Numbered from the stretch's first letter, positions 12,780-25,786 are shown. The stretch: DNA of 64,000 bases from Vicugna vicugna (GCA_013265495.1 MU058252.1:1398244-1462243), one strand, 5' to 3'. Made by a program: numbers and translations. Notes: generated by a model not told the origin, from the letters alone.

Positions 12780-13110
12780 CTGTGCATCCTCTCCAACTCC
12801 TCCCACTAGGCTTTCGGTCGGACCAACTCCTGTTCATCCTTTAGAACTCAGCCCAGTGTTGCTTCTTCTCTAGTTCCCCAGGTTTGGGTTAGGTGGTCCT
12901 TTTCTGTATTACCATAGCCCTTACCACACTGCATTATAATTTCCTATTTTGGGGGGCTGAATCCTCCAATGTTATAAGGAATCCTCCAATCTTCAATGTC
13001 CTGAGATGACATGAACAATACATGTCTGGTTTGCCACTGGATTAATTATGCCTGTACAAAGGAGTTGCTCAGTAAATATTTACTGCACGAGTAAATGAAT
13101 GGATGCTATT
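12780..13110 (+). mobile_element. L2 3' end
   Basis: CTCCTGTTCATCCTTTAGAACTCAGCCC..GCTCAGTAAATATTTACTGCACGAGTAAATGAATGGATG (L2 terminal repeat). Confidence 0.65.
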
Positions 13111-14082
13111 ATGTTGTAGATTTCAGTTTCAACATCAACTTTCATGTAAACAGCTTCTAACCCATTTCTGGCTCTTGCTCCCCTTTCCCTTACGTTCTCC
13201 CAGGCCCACTTTGTTTTCTACTGTACCTAAGTTTCAACCCCTCGGTCCTGTTTGCTGTGAGGCTGCCCATTCCAAATGATCTCATCAGTTGCCTCACCCT
13301 TGGCTGTGAAACACCGACGGTCTGTTCCGATTTTTCGACCCACACACCTTCTCTATCTAGTCACCACTGTGTTGTTGCCTTTGGTCATTGTCCCCAAACT
13401 GGCCGAGACTCTAAATTGGCTCTGACATGGAAGAGAGGCTCTTCGAAGCATCTAGATGGGCCTAGGTAGGATGTGCTCCAGGATCAACGTTTCTGTGAAG
13501 TTACTGTTTCTCTTTTGCTTCCTACTTTAGCCTGCTTTGTTGATAATTGACAGTGACTGGTCCTCCTGTTTATGTGTTTTGCTTATGTGTTTTCTGAATC
13601 TGCCCCCTTGTTCCTATTGCCTCATGGATTTCGAGCCATCACTGCATTAGCCCTGGTTTTCTTCTGTCACAGCCTCCTGGACGTTACCTGGGCTTGACCC
13701 ACTCCCACAATCTCCTTCCCAGAGGCACTCCCAGCCTTCCTGCTGCTCATCCTGGTCCCCTGCCAAAGCCTGTGATCCAAAACAGCGCTTGCTGGCTGAG
13801 AACTCTGATAAATCCACTCACCAGCACCATTCCAACTTGTTAGAAGTCACTGTGATAAATAGAATGTTTAATTTCTAAACAGTTAGCTACAAAGTAATCT
13901 GTGTAAACCCTAGAAATCAAAGGGTAGGTTACCATTCCAGACTTTTTTCTTTTTTTTTTCTTTCTGTCTTTTATCTTGGAGTTTATATTTAATGTCTTTA
14001 ATCCATAAATTTGGGGTTTGCCTTACCTCTACAGTCATGAATAGAGCCAGTAAAAATAGAAGCAAAGAAAGTTAGAGTTGAA

Positions 14083-14206
14083 TATGAAAACGAATATATG
14101 CATGTGCATGTATGACTATGATGCTGTACGCCAGAAACTGACACAACATTGTAAACTGACTATATTTCAATTAAAAATAAATAAATAAATAAACTGAAAA
14201 AAAAAA
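14083..14206 (+). mobile_element. Short young LINE-1 3' end with polyA
   Basis: GCTGTACGCCAGAAACTGACACAACATTGTAAACTGACTATATTTCAAT plus A-rich tail. TSD AGAGTTGAA at 14074-14082 and 14207-14215. Confidence 0.9.
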
Positions 14207-14554
14207 AGAGTTGAAAAAGCATTCAAGGCAAAACAGTACAACTTTCTCATTTGATAGATGGGAAACTGAGACCGAGATAGAGTCTGAACAGACTTGCCTA
14301 CAACCATTACGTCACTCCTTCTAGAAGAATCATTGGGTTTATGGGCAACAGGACAACACAAGACAATAGATTTTTTTTGAATATAAATATATATGATTTA
14401 AATGTTACTGGGTGCTGGCCAGCTAAGCAAGACATACAAGCCACTTAGATAAGTAAATGAGATTTTTTAAAAAACTCATTTAACTCATTATTTTTACTGG
14501 TTTATTCAAACCAAACTGTCCTGGATTCAGATTACATTGTATGCTTATTTGCTA

Positions 14555-14770
14555 ATAGTAATGGCTTACGTTTGTAGGTGTTTTCCTTGGCTAGGCACTA
14601 CTCTGAGCACTTTATATCTCATGATAACTCCGTGAAGTAGATACTTTATTGTTCCCATTTTGGAGATGAAGAAACTGAGGCGTGATGACATTAAGTAGTT
14701 TCCTAGGGTCACACAGCCTGTGAGCCCCACAAGGAGGCCGTCTGGCGCCAGAGCCTGGTCTGCACCAAGG
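14555..14770 (-). mobile_element. MIR SINE
   Basis: CTAGGCACTACTCTGAGCACTTT..CCCATTTTGGAGATGAAGAAACTGAGGC..AAGTAGTTTCCTAGGGTCACACAGC (MIR core). Confidence 0.8.
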
Positions 14771-17035
14771 CCAGACCGCATATTTGGATGGCTTTTCTTC
14801 TTTCTCTCCCAGTTATGACCTTCCTCCTTTTCCCTGGGAAGAGCTTCTTGTTCACCAATGCACGCACAAGAGTCACCGGTCTCCTGGAAGGGCTCGGAAG
14901 TGTGCGGACCCTCTTTTTCTTTCATTCTCACAGTACTCCCTTTGTTCCTCTCCTTCACAGTGCTTGCCCTGTTAGCCTGCAGCGATGTGTTCATGGGTCT
15001 GCCTCAACTCTTGCTGTGACCTCTGTGGGAGCCAGGGCCAGGCCACGTCCACCTTGGGATTCCCAGGAGAGAGCACACTGCTTGGCATGCAGTGCACCGG
15101 ACACACGCTCTCATCCTGATTAGTCTACAGAAGTGGGAAGAATCTGAAAGATAAGCAGTCTCTACAGGCATAAACTCAACGCCACACCCGCTGAGTTTTT
15201 GCTTTAATGACGGGTGATGGATTGGCTGAACTGACCCTTGTTTGGCTGGAACAACTAGAAAACAGTCACAGGTAGCCCGAGCAGGCTGCCAGCGACACCG
15301 CAAAGCTGGCGGCGTGCGCTTCTGCTGTCGAAGGGCGTCTCGAAAGTGCCTCTCCTCTGCTTTGTGTGGCCCCCTCGCTCACCCGGGCACCCTGCGTACC
15401 TTTCTGTATTTTAGTCGCTTCTCCAGTGGTCTTGTTCTCAGCTTGTCCTCAAGGTTGGAAACATATGACAAATGGGTTCAGCCTGAAAGGGCATTAAAGC
15501 CTCTGGTCTACAGTGTATCCTGGACGCAGCTGCGAGCTCTGAATGCTGCTTTTCTCAATTTTCAAAATAAGGGGATGGGGAGGGAGAGTGAACAGGATTA
15601 CAGAAGCCACCATTTATTGAGCCAGAAACTGTGTTCACGGTTGTCCGTGCCTTGTTGTATTGGTGGTCCTCACCACGTCTGTACGAGGTGGGTGTTACAG
15701 CCTTCGCATCTCCTGCGGGTTAGGGAGGAAGGGCCGACGTGGTGTGCCCACAGCTCCACACGCCAGAGCCCAGATTCTCCAATGCCTGGCTTGAAGCTTG
15801 TTCTCTTAACCACTGCTCCAAACTTCCAGCTCTCTGTCTTTCACACACCATGATATTTTGTGGGCTGGAAGGTGCGGCCAAAACTTGAACCCAAATTATT
15901 AATGTCTTATTGCGGAACTTAGTTACTGAGGGAAAAAAGAGCGGATATATTTTTGGACTTAAAGGCCAGTTTGTTGCTCCTAAAGTTGTGTCACTTGGCC
16001 TCTTCTTTACTTGGACTTGGCCATTGTGAAGGTAAGAAATCAGAAATGACAGGTCAGAGGGGGTCCCTCAGGCCTTCTGCAGACCAGCTTAGTACTCCAG
16101 TGGCCAAACCAACCAACCTTCTGCAGTTTTTACCAGAAGGCCAGAAGTTTGTCAAGGATCATTCATCCTTCTTTTAGCAAAACAAATCTCCCACTGTTCC
16201 CTGGAGAATAAGTCAATTTCAGAATGGAATAGATGTGAATTCTTCTGAGCTTTCAGAGAACTTAATGGGAAGAAGGGCTTCCATAAAGTGAAAGAAATAC
16301 TGAAGGGAAAAATCCCTGCATAATCTGATTTCTGATTATTAAAGTAATTCTAACAAAATTAAAAATTCCTCAGACATTCGAACATTTTTGTCCTCAGAAC
16401 TAATAATATTAGACACACATTTGTAACCTAGTTGTTGGTATATTAATTGTGGGTTAACAATGGTGCCTACATATAGGTTTTGCTTCATTGAAGAAGCTGC
16501 TTTAGGAAAAGAAGTCCAGCGTCACTGTGCAGTTTAGAATAGCCCAGGCTGGCTGGGTAAGTGTCACACGTCAGGTGTCGTCTGGGGAAGAGCACCTTTG
16601 TGACTAATCCGGTGCAGGACCTCGGACTGGAAGGCCTGGGACAGCTGGCTCCTGAGGCTCGCTTAGGAGATACTCTGTCTCAGCTGGGAGCGACTCTAAT
16701 ACTAATACTAGATATTTATTTGTTCATTTATTCATCTCCTCAGCATTAATTAATTGAATTACTAACTAATTCATTTATTGATTCAGAGCAACTACTAGCC
16801 ACTAGGCACTCTGCTCCTTGCTAGAAACAGATGAGTGTGGCTGGAAAGACAGCGTCTTCCCGCAAGGAGTTCGCACACTAGTGGACATGAGTCTGCATCG
16901 AAGCAGGGCTGACTTCGGGGGCACTTCTGCCTTTGAGTGTGATGTGAAGGGGCCACTAACAGGCCACTCATCCCCCCAGATCTCCTGCATTTCTTAGTAA
17001 ATAGTCTCAGACCACTCAGTGCTTTGGTTTAAAGC

Positions 17036-17230
17036 AGCGTCTCCCAGTGTGCATCCTTTGGAGGCTTCATCTATTCCTTTCACAGATGTTTACTGGGTGC
17101 TTGGAAGTGGGCTGAGTACTGTCTTCACAAAAGGGTCCGCCAGCAAGGAAGTTTGAGAAATATCGGATCAAACAAAGCTGAAGCTTCTTGCGCTCACTGA
17201 AACTGAATGTCCCTCACACCCTGCAGAACT
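17036..17230. mobile_element. hAT-Charlie MITE remnant (MER103-like)
   Basis: CAGCGTCTCCCAGTGTGCATCC..AAAAGGGTCCGCCAGCAAGGAAGTTTGAGAAATATCGGATCAAACAAAG resembles the MER103 consensus. Diverged. Confidence 0.45.
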
Positions 17231-18946
17231 TCTCGCTTCCTCGCTCACCAGACTGGAGCCGTGCCGCTCACACTGGGTTACAGGACTGAAGGCCCGCCTT
17301 AAAATGTAACCGTGGTGGGGGAGGAATAAAGTAAAAACTTGTCCATGCGTGTATTGTGCAACATCTTAACCAGAATTAGAACGTTCCAGTTCCATCAAAA
17401 TATCCTTCCCAGAAACCTGACTCAGGGTAGTCCATTTCAGGAGAGAACCAGAATATTAGGTTAACGGAAGTTAATCTTTAAGGCCTTGGACAAAACGGGG
17501 CTAGAGCTCACCCCAAACAGCAGTGTCATTTGATTTATTAGAAATAGGCTGTTATTTCTGTGTCGCTGATGCCTCTGCTCTCAGTCTGCTGGGAGAGAAT
17601 GGGCCAAAATACACTAATTGGATGAAGTGGAAATTACAGGGATTTGGAAATGGAGCTGATGAAAAAGCAACCAGTGCTCATCAAGGGCTAATTATTCTCA
17701 ACTGGCAAGACGGCCCCCCGGGGGTGTGAGTGACATAAAGACAGGCCAACAGAGGAGGAGCTGGGGGACCCCAGGCCTGGAGGCCCCTGGCTCAGGGTGG
17801 ACTTTTCCAAGAGATCGTTTTCTGGGAGCGTTTCTGATTAGTCAAGAAATGTTTGGGGGTTTGTATCCCCTTGTTTACCAGATGCAGGGCTGCCCTGGGG
17901 GGCCTGAGGCCTCCGGGCCACAGTGATGATTGCGATGATTGTGGCTGAGAGGATGACAATTCACATTTGTGTGGCTCTCCCGGGAGGACTCAGAGCTCTG
18001 GAGGAGAGTTGTTTGCTTCCTCCTTTCCTAACTATGTTTTAATGTTAGATGATCAAATTAAAACAAAGAAAAAAGAAACTCAGAGAAGGGCCTTGGTAAC
18101 ATAAGTGTGAAAAGGAGGGAGGGCCTCTTGGTGGTGGTGACTGGGCAAGCACTTTTCACCATTTCCTCCCTTGCCAGCTCCTCTCCAGTTTTGGACCCGA
18201 CTGTCTCATCCACTGCCTCATTTGTGGGTTCCCATCCAATCACCCCATTTCTTACACAGCAGGAATAGCTCCGTCAAAAGCCCTTCCCAAGACTTGGCTG
18301 GAAGTAGTTCACTTCTTGAGATGGCATCCATTTTGGGGAGACCTAAATACTACAAGAACTAGCAAGCTGCAGCAGTCACTCTGCAGACAGGGTGGCTTAT
18401 GCGTAACACGACCCCACCCAGAACTCACAATAGTGAGGTTTGTGGAGAGACTTCCTGTTCACTCTGTTTACCCTAATTGGAGACTGGAACAGGATGCTAT
18501 GTAGGGTCTGGGGTTTCGATCCACATTTACATAGACTGTACACATACAGAGAATGTCACCACTCCAACCAATCTTTCTGAATATTTCTGCAAATAAACCA
18601 CTTGGCTTGTCATCTGTGGCTACTTTTTTCAGGCAAATACTGAAATCAATAAGTTTCAACAACGGCTGGAAGGGAGCTCTTTAGAATAACAGGGAAAACT
18701 TTGACTTAAGGAGGCAAGAGCTTGGGACAATGTGGCCACGTACAAACGGCTAAAAGCAAAACCGCGGCTCCCCTCTTCTGACTTGGGAACCCCACTGCCT
18801 CAGCAGTGCCTGAGGGTCTAGGAGTCTGACAGGAGGAAGTGGGGCAAACGAGATAAGGCACATTCAGCTTCTGATCAGGCGACTGAAAACCCAGGAATAT
18901 TAGAGTATAGACTGAATTTCAGGGTAACTAAGTCTTAAATCACAAG

Positions 18947-19533
18947 TGAAGTGGGAGGAAAGGGGGCAGGGCACAACCACTGAAGGAATGACACAGCCAT
19001 TGAGGACAGGATGAACTGGTAGAACCAAGATGGCGGAAGATCGACTTCCAGTAGACCTTGATCCTCAGGCACATGCACAGGTGCCATGACAGTTCCTAGG
19101 CTGACCACAGAAGGTCGAAAAGTTGAGGGGGGTGTTTCCTGGAAATCCTTGCCCTTTCCTCAAAGTAGTTGGAATAATCCTCCCACTCGTTAGCAAATGA
19201 AATCAACGGGCCCATACAATCCAACAACTCCACACCTTGTGGTCGTTCTCTTTCTTGCCTTCTGAGACGGCCCGCACTCCGTCTATGGAGTGTGTATCTG
19301 TTTTTACTTTAAACTAAACAGCCCACACCTCTCGGCTTCTCTCCCTCTCACCCTTCTTAGATGACCCACCTTCTGCCTGTGGAGTGTGCACCTCCTAGGC
19401 CGTTTAACCTTCTAAATAAGACAGACCACACTCTGTCCATGGGGCGTGTCTCTAAGTAAACTTGTCTTCACTTTGCCATGCCTTGCTCTTGAATTCTTTC
19501 CTGCGTGAGGCAAGAACTTATCCTCCTACAATA
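18947..19533 (+). mobile_element. ERV1 solo LTR, MER41-like (cetartiodactyl type)
   Basis: Starts TGAAGTGGGAGGAAAGGGGGCAGGGCACAACC. Contains AACCAAGATGGCGGAAG, GCCATGACAGTTCC and CTCTTGAATTCTTTCCTGCGTGAG..CAAGAAC. 4-bp TSD CAAG at 18943-18946 and 19534-19537. Confidence 0.8.
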
Positions 19534-20117
19534 CAAGGAGGCATCGTGTCCCCTAAGCCAGCCTCCACCTGATGTGGCAGCCCCTGCTCCAACCCCGCAT
19601 CTGCTCAGGAGGAGTCCCAGGCCGCTGGCGTTTAACAAGCTCCTTCTCAGATTAGGACTGAGCTAACGTCCTGGTAACTGTTACCCTTTGGGAGTAATAA
19701 AAGCAAACATACTCGTTCTCCTTCTACACCATCACCTTTTGAGCAGCTGCAGACACTCACTGGTGCCTATAAATACTCTCTTCTCAGATGAGAAAGTCAG
19801 GGGGAGAAAAGCTGGTGCCGTACTGGGTCCGCTTAGGTTAGGGGCATCCCTACCCCCGCAGTGAGTAAAGCGTTCCAGCCTGAAAGTCCTCAGTGAACGT
19901 TCCCAACCAAATCCTTCAGGAGACACAAATATTAAACTGGTAGTGATAACATTTGGAGAAAATAGTGTCACTTTAAAAACCTTCTTCCCTATTCTTGTCA
20001 AATCTCTCAAGTAAAGATTTTATTATGAAAAATTCTAGAAAAAGGAAGGCAAGGGAAAAATAATTGCACAGTACATATAAAGGTGTGCTTTTCTCAGTAA
20101 TGTGTTCTGATACATCT

Positions 20118-20559
20118 TTTAAAAAAATTGAACTATAGTTGATTTGCAATGCTGTGTTGGTTTCCGGTGTACAGCATGGTGATTCGGTTATACATATATA
20201 TTCTTTTTCGTAATAGGTTATTCAAGCTATTGAATATAGTTCCCTATGCTATGCACTAGGACCTTATTGTTTATCTATTTTGTATATAGTAGTTTGTATC
20301 TACAAATCCCAAACTCCTAATTTATCTCTCTCCACTTTCCCCTTTGATATCCATAAGTTTGTTTTCTGTCCGTGAGTCTGTTTCTGTTTTGTAAATAAAT
20401 TCATTTGTGTCGTTTTTTAAGATTCCCCACATAGGTGATGTCATATGATATCTGTATTTCTCTATCTGACTTATTTCACTTAGTATGATTATCTCTATGT
20501 CCATCCATGTTGCTGAAAATGATATTATTTCATTCTTTTTTATGGCTGAGTAGTATTCC

Positions 20560-20598
<39 letters not shown>

Positions 20599-20827
20599 CA
20601 CATTTTCTTTGTCCAATCACCAGTCAGTGGACATTTAGGTTGCTTCCATGTCTTGGCTATTGTAAAAAGTGCTGTTATGAACACTGGGGTGCATGTATCT
20701 TTTCAAATTAGAGTTTCCTTCAGATACATGCCCAGGAATGGGATTGCTGGATCATCTGTAAGTCTATTTTTAGTTTTTTCCATACTGTTTCCCATAGTGG
20801 CTGAACCAAATTACATTCCCACCAACA
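20118..20827 (-). mobile_element. 5'-truncated young LINE-1 (ORF2 C-terminus + 3'UTR) with internal (TG)n
   Basis: ORF 20322..20684(-) reads MFITALFTIAKTWKQPKCP..MEYYSAIKKNEI, the L1 ORF2 C-terminus. TSD GATACATCT at 20109-20117 and 20828-20836. Confidence 0.93.
20562..20596. repeat. (TG)17 microsatellite
   Basis: Directly visible inside the L1. Confidence 0.95.
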
Positions 20828-20854
20828 GATACATCTATTTCTTTTGATGGGCAA

Positions 20855-21060
20855 ATAATAGCTAATACTTACAAAGTGCTTGCACCAGCTGGGGTGCTTT
20901 GGATGTGTGAATTCATGGGATTCTTTCAGTGACTCTGTGCGCTAAACATTATCCCCATTTTACAGATGTAGAAACCGAGGTGCCATTACCCATTTGAGAC
21001 TGAACAGCTGATGAGTGAGACAGAGGTGGAACCCAGGCGGGCCTTGCCCACTGAACGTGC
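20855..21060 (-). mobile_element. MIR SINE
   Basis: ATAATAGCTAATACTTAC..ATTATCCCCATTTTACAGATGTAGAAACCGAGG. Confidence 0.7.
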
Positions 21061-21702
21061 GAGCCCCGTGTGCACAGTGACAGCAAAGGAGAAGCTGGCA
21101 GGGAAAAGAGAGTCCTACCAGCTGGCAGGGGCTGGCAGAGTGAGACACTGAGACACAATCTATCTAGAACCTTCAAACTAAAGACTAGTATTTGTGACGA
21201 TGCAGAGAAATTAGCACTTCTCAGCACCCCTGGTGGGTTGTGCTTGAGGACAGGTTAGCAACAGGCAGCAAAATGCATGCATGTCTTTTGATTTAGAAGT
21301 GCTATTTATAAGAACTAATCCTGAGGAAATAAATTCGAATGCACACAAAGCTTAGTTACAAAGATATGCAGAGGTGTTATGGTAGAGTTGCTGTCATATA
21401 GAAAAGTTAGAAAAAAATTACAAATTTTCCACACTGAGAGTTCAATTAAATGAAGCAGGACATATCCATGGAATGGGATACCAGGCAATCGATGGTAAAA
21501 TGTGCAGAAGAAATTTTAATACATGGCAATCAATATGATGTAAGTAAAAAAACCCCCCAGGTTTCAACATAAGAATAAACCACTATTTTCTCCTTTTTGG
21601 TAAATAAAAGAATTGTTCATATATATGCAGCGAGAAATGAGAATACATACATATACCAAGTTGTGAATAATGATTATCTCTTAAGTACTGGAGTAATGGT
21701 GA

Positions 21703-21941
21703 TTTTTTTTAATTGAAGTATAGTTGATTTACAACGTTGTGTTAGTTTCTGGTGTACAGCACAGTGTTCAGTTATATGTATCTATATATATCCTTCTTCT
21801 TACTCTTTTTCATAATAGGTTATTCAAGCTATTGAATATAGCTCCCTATGCTATACAGTAGGACCTTGTTGTTTATCTGTTTTATGTACAGTAGTTTGTA
21901 CCTGCAAATCCCAAACTCCTAATTTATCCCACCCTCCCCCT
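21703..21941 (-). mobile_element. Young LINE-1 3' fragment inserted in an older L1M remnant (~21240-22050)
   Basis: T-tail plus AATTGAAGTATAGTTGATTTACAACGTTGTGTTAGTTTCTGGTGTACAGC..CCCAAACTCCTAATTTATCCC. Confidence 0.85.
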
Positions 21942-22918
21942 TGGCGAGTCTAATGCTCTTCTTTGAGTCTACTGTATTTACATTTGTTCTAAACCCAACA
22001 CATGAAAATTTACTAAGAGGAAAAATAAAAGTTATTTTTAATTAAAGAGAGGAAGGCAAGGATAAGCAGAAAGTTCCAAAATGAAGACCCTCCTGGGACT
22101 CTCCTGTCCCCACGGTGCCTTGCTGTCCACAGGGGTCTCTGAAAAATGATGGTTACAGTTATCGGCTCACCAAAAACGTTTTGTTTTTAAAAACAAACGT
22201 TTTGTTTTTTAAAACAAAAATCCCATCAGAACGCAGTAATTTTCTTGTAAAGGAAGCAGCTGTTGGTGAGGGAATCACCAGTAGAAATCATTTTTCCTTT
22301 TCCTCAAATGTGTCCAGGAGAGTTTCACACCCGAGCGCAGAAGCCCTGGAGAAGAGTCAGGAGGACGTGAGCAACTTCTGTCTCAGTCAGCGTTTCCAAA
22401 GAGGTTGCCAGTTAAGTGGCCGTTTACATCTCTGCTGCCCGCAGGACAACCCTTTCTGGGGACTGAAGGTCTCCAGACAGATTCCACTTTGTCACAAGAC
22501 GCTCTTCCCCGAGACTGCTGGGTCTTTCAGTTCATAAAGTTGGCGAATGTTTGAATCTCGCTCCAGGATCCTGTTCGAAGAGTAAGGATGTGAGGGGCTC
22601 TTGGTGACACCAGAAAGGGGCAGTGTGTCTTGTGTGTTGCCAGTGCCTTGAAACATGGAGGGCTGATGGCAGTTTCTGGATAGCTGGAGGCCACAGGACG
22701 CACGGGGTCTGTGCCAAGCCCTGCTGGGAGAAGTGTGCTGTCTCCTTGGCCAGAGGAGAAGGACCAGTCTCCGGGAGGGCACGGGGTGTCCACATCGCTC
22801 CTGAGCTCCTCTCCATGGCTCCCAGACCTGCGCTGGGAGAAGCTGTAACAGAGCTTCTCTTTGCTTGGGCATCCTCCTCCTTCCTCTCTGGGTCTTTGGA
22901 AGATGGGATATGGCATTA

Positions 22919-22920
<2 letters not shown>

Positions 22921-22950
<30 letters not shown>
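22921..22950. repeat. (GT)15 microsatellite
   Basis: Directly visible. Confidence 0.97.
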
Positions 22951-22952
<2 letters not shown>

Positions 22953-23939
22953 CCCAAAACGGTCATTTAATGGCCTTCTTTAAATGGATATGATCTTTTT
23001 AGAAACCTCAGATGACTATCAATACTATTTGATTATTCCTGGGCAGGAAAGTCAGATCTGTAGATTGCATTGTCCTCTTGGCAGTCTGCCATTATCAGGA
23101 GCAGAAAGAGACCACGGTTTGGATTCTTCCATGAGGTTACAAATCTCCTCACTGACCCCTCATCTTCCTCCCCACCTCCTCACCTCCCTGGCCCCATCCT
23201 GTTTCCCTTACCTATTCCCCATTTCCTCTGTGGGGTCCAACACCCTCAAGTTCCTCAAACTAGAAACTTGCGCTACCCCAGCGCCCACCCCCAATGGCCA
23301 ATCCTGTCAATTGTGCCCCAAAATGTCATTGGGACACATCACCTTCTCTGTATTCTCAGTGACACTGCCCTGGGTCAGGCCCACTTTTTGTGTTTTATCC
23401 ACCAATAAGATCTACATTAAAAGGCCAAGTTAGAAAACGAAGAAGTGCCTTCTAGTTCCCCTTTGAACAAGAGTAACACGTCCCATGGCAGGAATTTTCT
23501 AGGTTACAAAGCAGGAGATGGAGACACGTGAGTAAATGGGGGAAGATAAAGCACTAACTGGTGAACAGCATTAAGAGATCAACCCAAGTCTGACGCAGCG
23601 TTTAGAATGACCCGAATCCATGAGTTTTGTAGCTGACACAGCCCTGCCGCATTCTGGCAGGACACTGTGCTACATCGCACGTTCAGCAAACAGAGCCCGA
23701 GGCAAGAACAAAGCTGCCTGGTGTGGCGGTGGAGGGTGGGGGGGAACGTGAGGTGCCCGATGGAGTTCAAGGTGGCAGAAGAACAGAGGTGCCAACGGCG
23801 CCAAAGAAAGCCAATAAAGCCAGTCTGAAACTACATGACCGGATTTAACTGAAGCTGAAGTGGCGAGACAGAAGAAAGCACGTGGGGCAGGCAGGGAGAG
23901 GAAGGGCACTGAGAGAGACCACAGGTGGCAGCCAAAGAC

Positions 23940-24230
23940 AGCCTCACCCTGGCTGTTTCCTCCTTCTGAAATGCTCCTCTCCCTGAAAGAGGCATGGCTG
24001 CCTCTTCTTCCATGAAGTCCTCCAAGACCACTTGGTCTGAAATAGCCCAGTCACTCCATCCATCACCCTGTTTGATTTCTCTTCCAAATACTTAACACTC
24101 CTTGCCATTTTCTTGCTCCTCTGTTAGTTTATTCTCTCTCCCTCAAGAATGTAAACTCATCTTGGGCAACAGGGACTGGAACTGCTTGGCACACAGTAGG
24201 TGCTCAATAAATGTTGCTGAATGATGAAAT
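23940..24230 (+). mobile_element. L2 3' end
   Basis: CTGTTTCCTCCTTCTGAAATGCTC..AGAATGTAAACTC..TGGCACACAGTAGGTGCTCAATAAATGTTGCTGAATGA. Confidence 0.75.
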
Positions 24231-25114
24231 GAAATCCCTGGCTGTGTCCACCCCTTCCACTCAGCCTTGCATTACTAAGCGCCATGGCTGGTTTTGAAGT
24301 AGGAAACTTTTGAATTCCTGACATCTGATTCATCTCATGGACATTTTGATATTAAATATGTTAACAGGTGACATGGAAACTCAAGCCCTTCCACTGTCGG
24401 CTTGTCAGACACGTGGCCCTTCCACACATTCTCCTGGTCACACCAGCCTCACCATCCTGTCATCTCAACACAGGCCGCGTTCAGCCCAACTTCCTACCTC
24501 AAAGGCACCCAGTGTCCTCAGTACTGCGGTGCCCTCCCTTCCCTTTCTGTGTTTAAATCCAACTGTGTTTCAAATTCCCATCCAAATTTCCCTTGAAGTC
24601 TTCCTGAATACTCCGGCCCACAAAGACTTCTCCTTTCTTTGATTTGCAAACCTTACCGTGTATATATCAAACTCTACATACGCTCCTATTTAATGTTATT
24701 AAAAGTGTTTCTTGGAGGCTACTGCTGTTTCCTCAACTCGATTCCCCAAGTGCAAGGATGGTACCATAGGTCACAAACCTTCCTACATCCCCCAAGCCCT
24801 TCACACAAAGCCGGACACGTAACAGACCTGCAGCACCGAGAGGACCATGGAAAGAACTGCTCCGTGCATAGGTACCTGCCCACTTCCCTCACGTCCTGGT
24901 GCCCCACCCCCAGGCTCCACCTGGCACCAGCCCCCACCCTACCCGGCAGCGACTTAGCTATGAGCTGCTGTAAATGTGATGTGGAATTTACCCAGGGTAT
25001 AGACATTTCTTGTCTTTTGACTGCCCCCAATCCATTTCTCCATCTGCTAGTTACAGTCTGGGGATTTGGGATTTGGGATTTGGGAATCCTCCACTTCTCC
25101 ATCCTCAGCCTATA

Positions 25115-25243
25115 TAGAGACTAATACTATTGTTCAAACCGGGATGCTTTTGAGAGGAAAAGGGGCTCTATTCCTAGTTCTGCCAGGTCCAAAGGTGTCA
25201 GCCCCACTCACCCTGGACCAGGTGGGGCATTTAGTCCTCCTCC
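25115..25243. mobile_element. hAT-Blackjack MITE (MER81-like)
   Basis: ATTGTTCAAACCGGGATGCTTTTGAGAGGAAAAGGGGCTCTATT matches the remembered MER81 core. Confidence 0.6.
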
Positions 25244-25399
25244 TTGGAGCTGACTCTGCATTTTGGTCCAGGAGTGGCTCTAGGTTCAAGTCTACCCAAT
25301 GACAGCCTCACGTTGTCCCAGCAAAGGCACGTGACTCCCCCAAATCAGTGAGGTACCAGGAGAACTTTGTTGACAATCTGGGGACTATGCAGGTGCTCC

Positions 25400-25733
25400 T
25401 TCCTCGGGTACTTGTTCTGAGTGGCTTTAAGGTGCTACAACAGTGCTCCTGGGAGCCTAGGGGAGGACCCTGCTCCTGGGATGCTCTCTCGTGGATCCCT
25501 GCCTCCCTCCATGATGTACAAAGCTCAACCACAAGGAGAGACCACGAGCAGGCACTCTGGCCGACAGTCCCGCTGGGTTTCCAGCCAACAGCCAGCATGG
25601 CTGCCAGCTGTGTGGACGCGCCCTCCTGGGTGTCCTGCTTGGTCAACACACAGAACCAGGAAGGTAACACACGTGGTCTTTAGGCCACTGAGTTTGGGGG
25701 TGGCTTGTTCTACTGCAGTGGATGACCAGAATA
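25400..25733 (+). mobile_element. MaLR LTR (MLT1G/H-like)
   Basis: GGAGAGACCAC..CAGCCAACAGCCAGCAT..CTTTAGGCCACTGAGTTTGGGGGTGGCTTGTTCTACTGCAGTGGATGACCAGAATA (MLT1 3' end). Confidence 0.65.
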
Positions 25734-25786
25734 GAGGAGGTGGAAGAAGAAGAAACGTGACTCCTTTTTTTAAGGAGGCTTTCTAG

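Noticed and set aside
15242..15853. Longest ORF in the track (203 aa)
   Set aside because: Starts at a non-ATG codon, runs into a MIR-like repeat, and has no recognisable domain or exon structure.
18468..18662. Minus-strand ORF with LIDFS, faintly like the RT motif LDFSKAFD
   Set aside because: Only a 3-4 residue match with no other RT motifs. Insufficient support.
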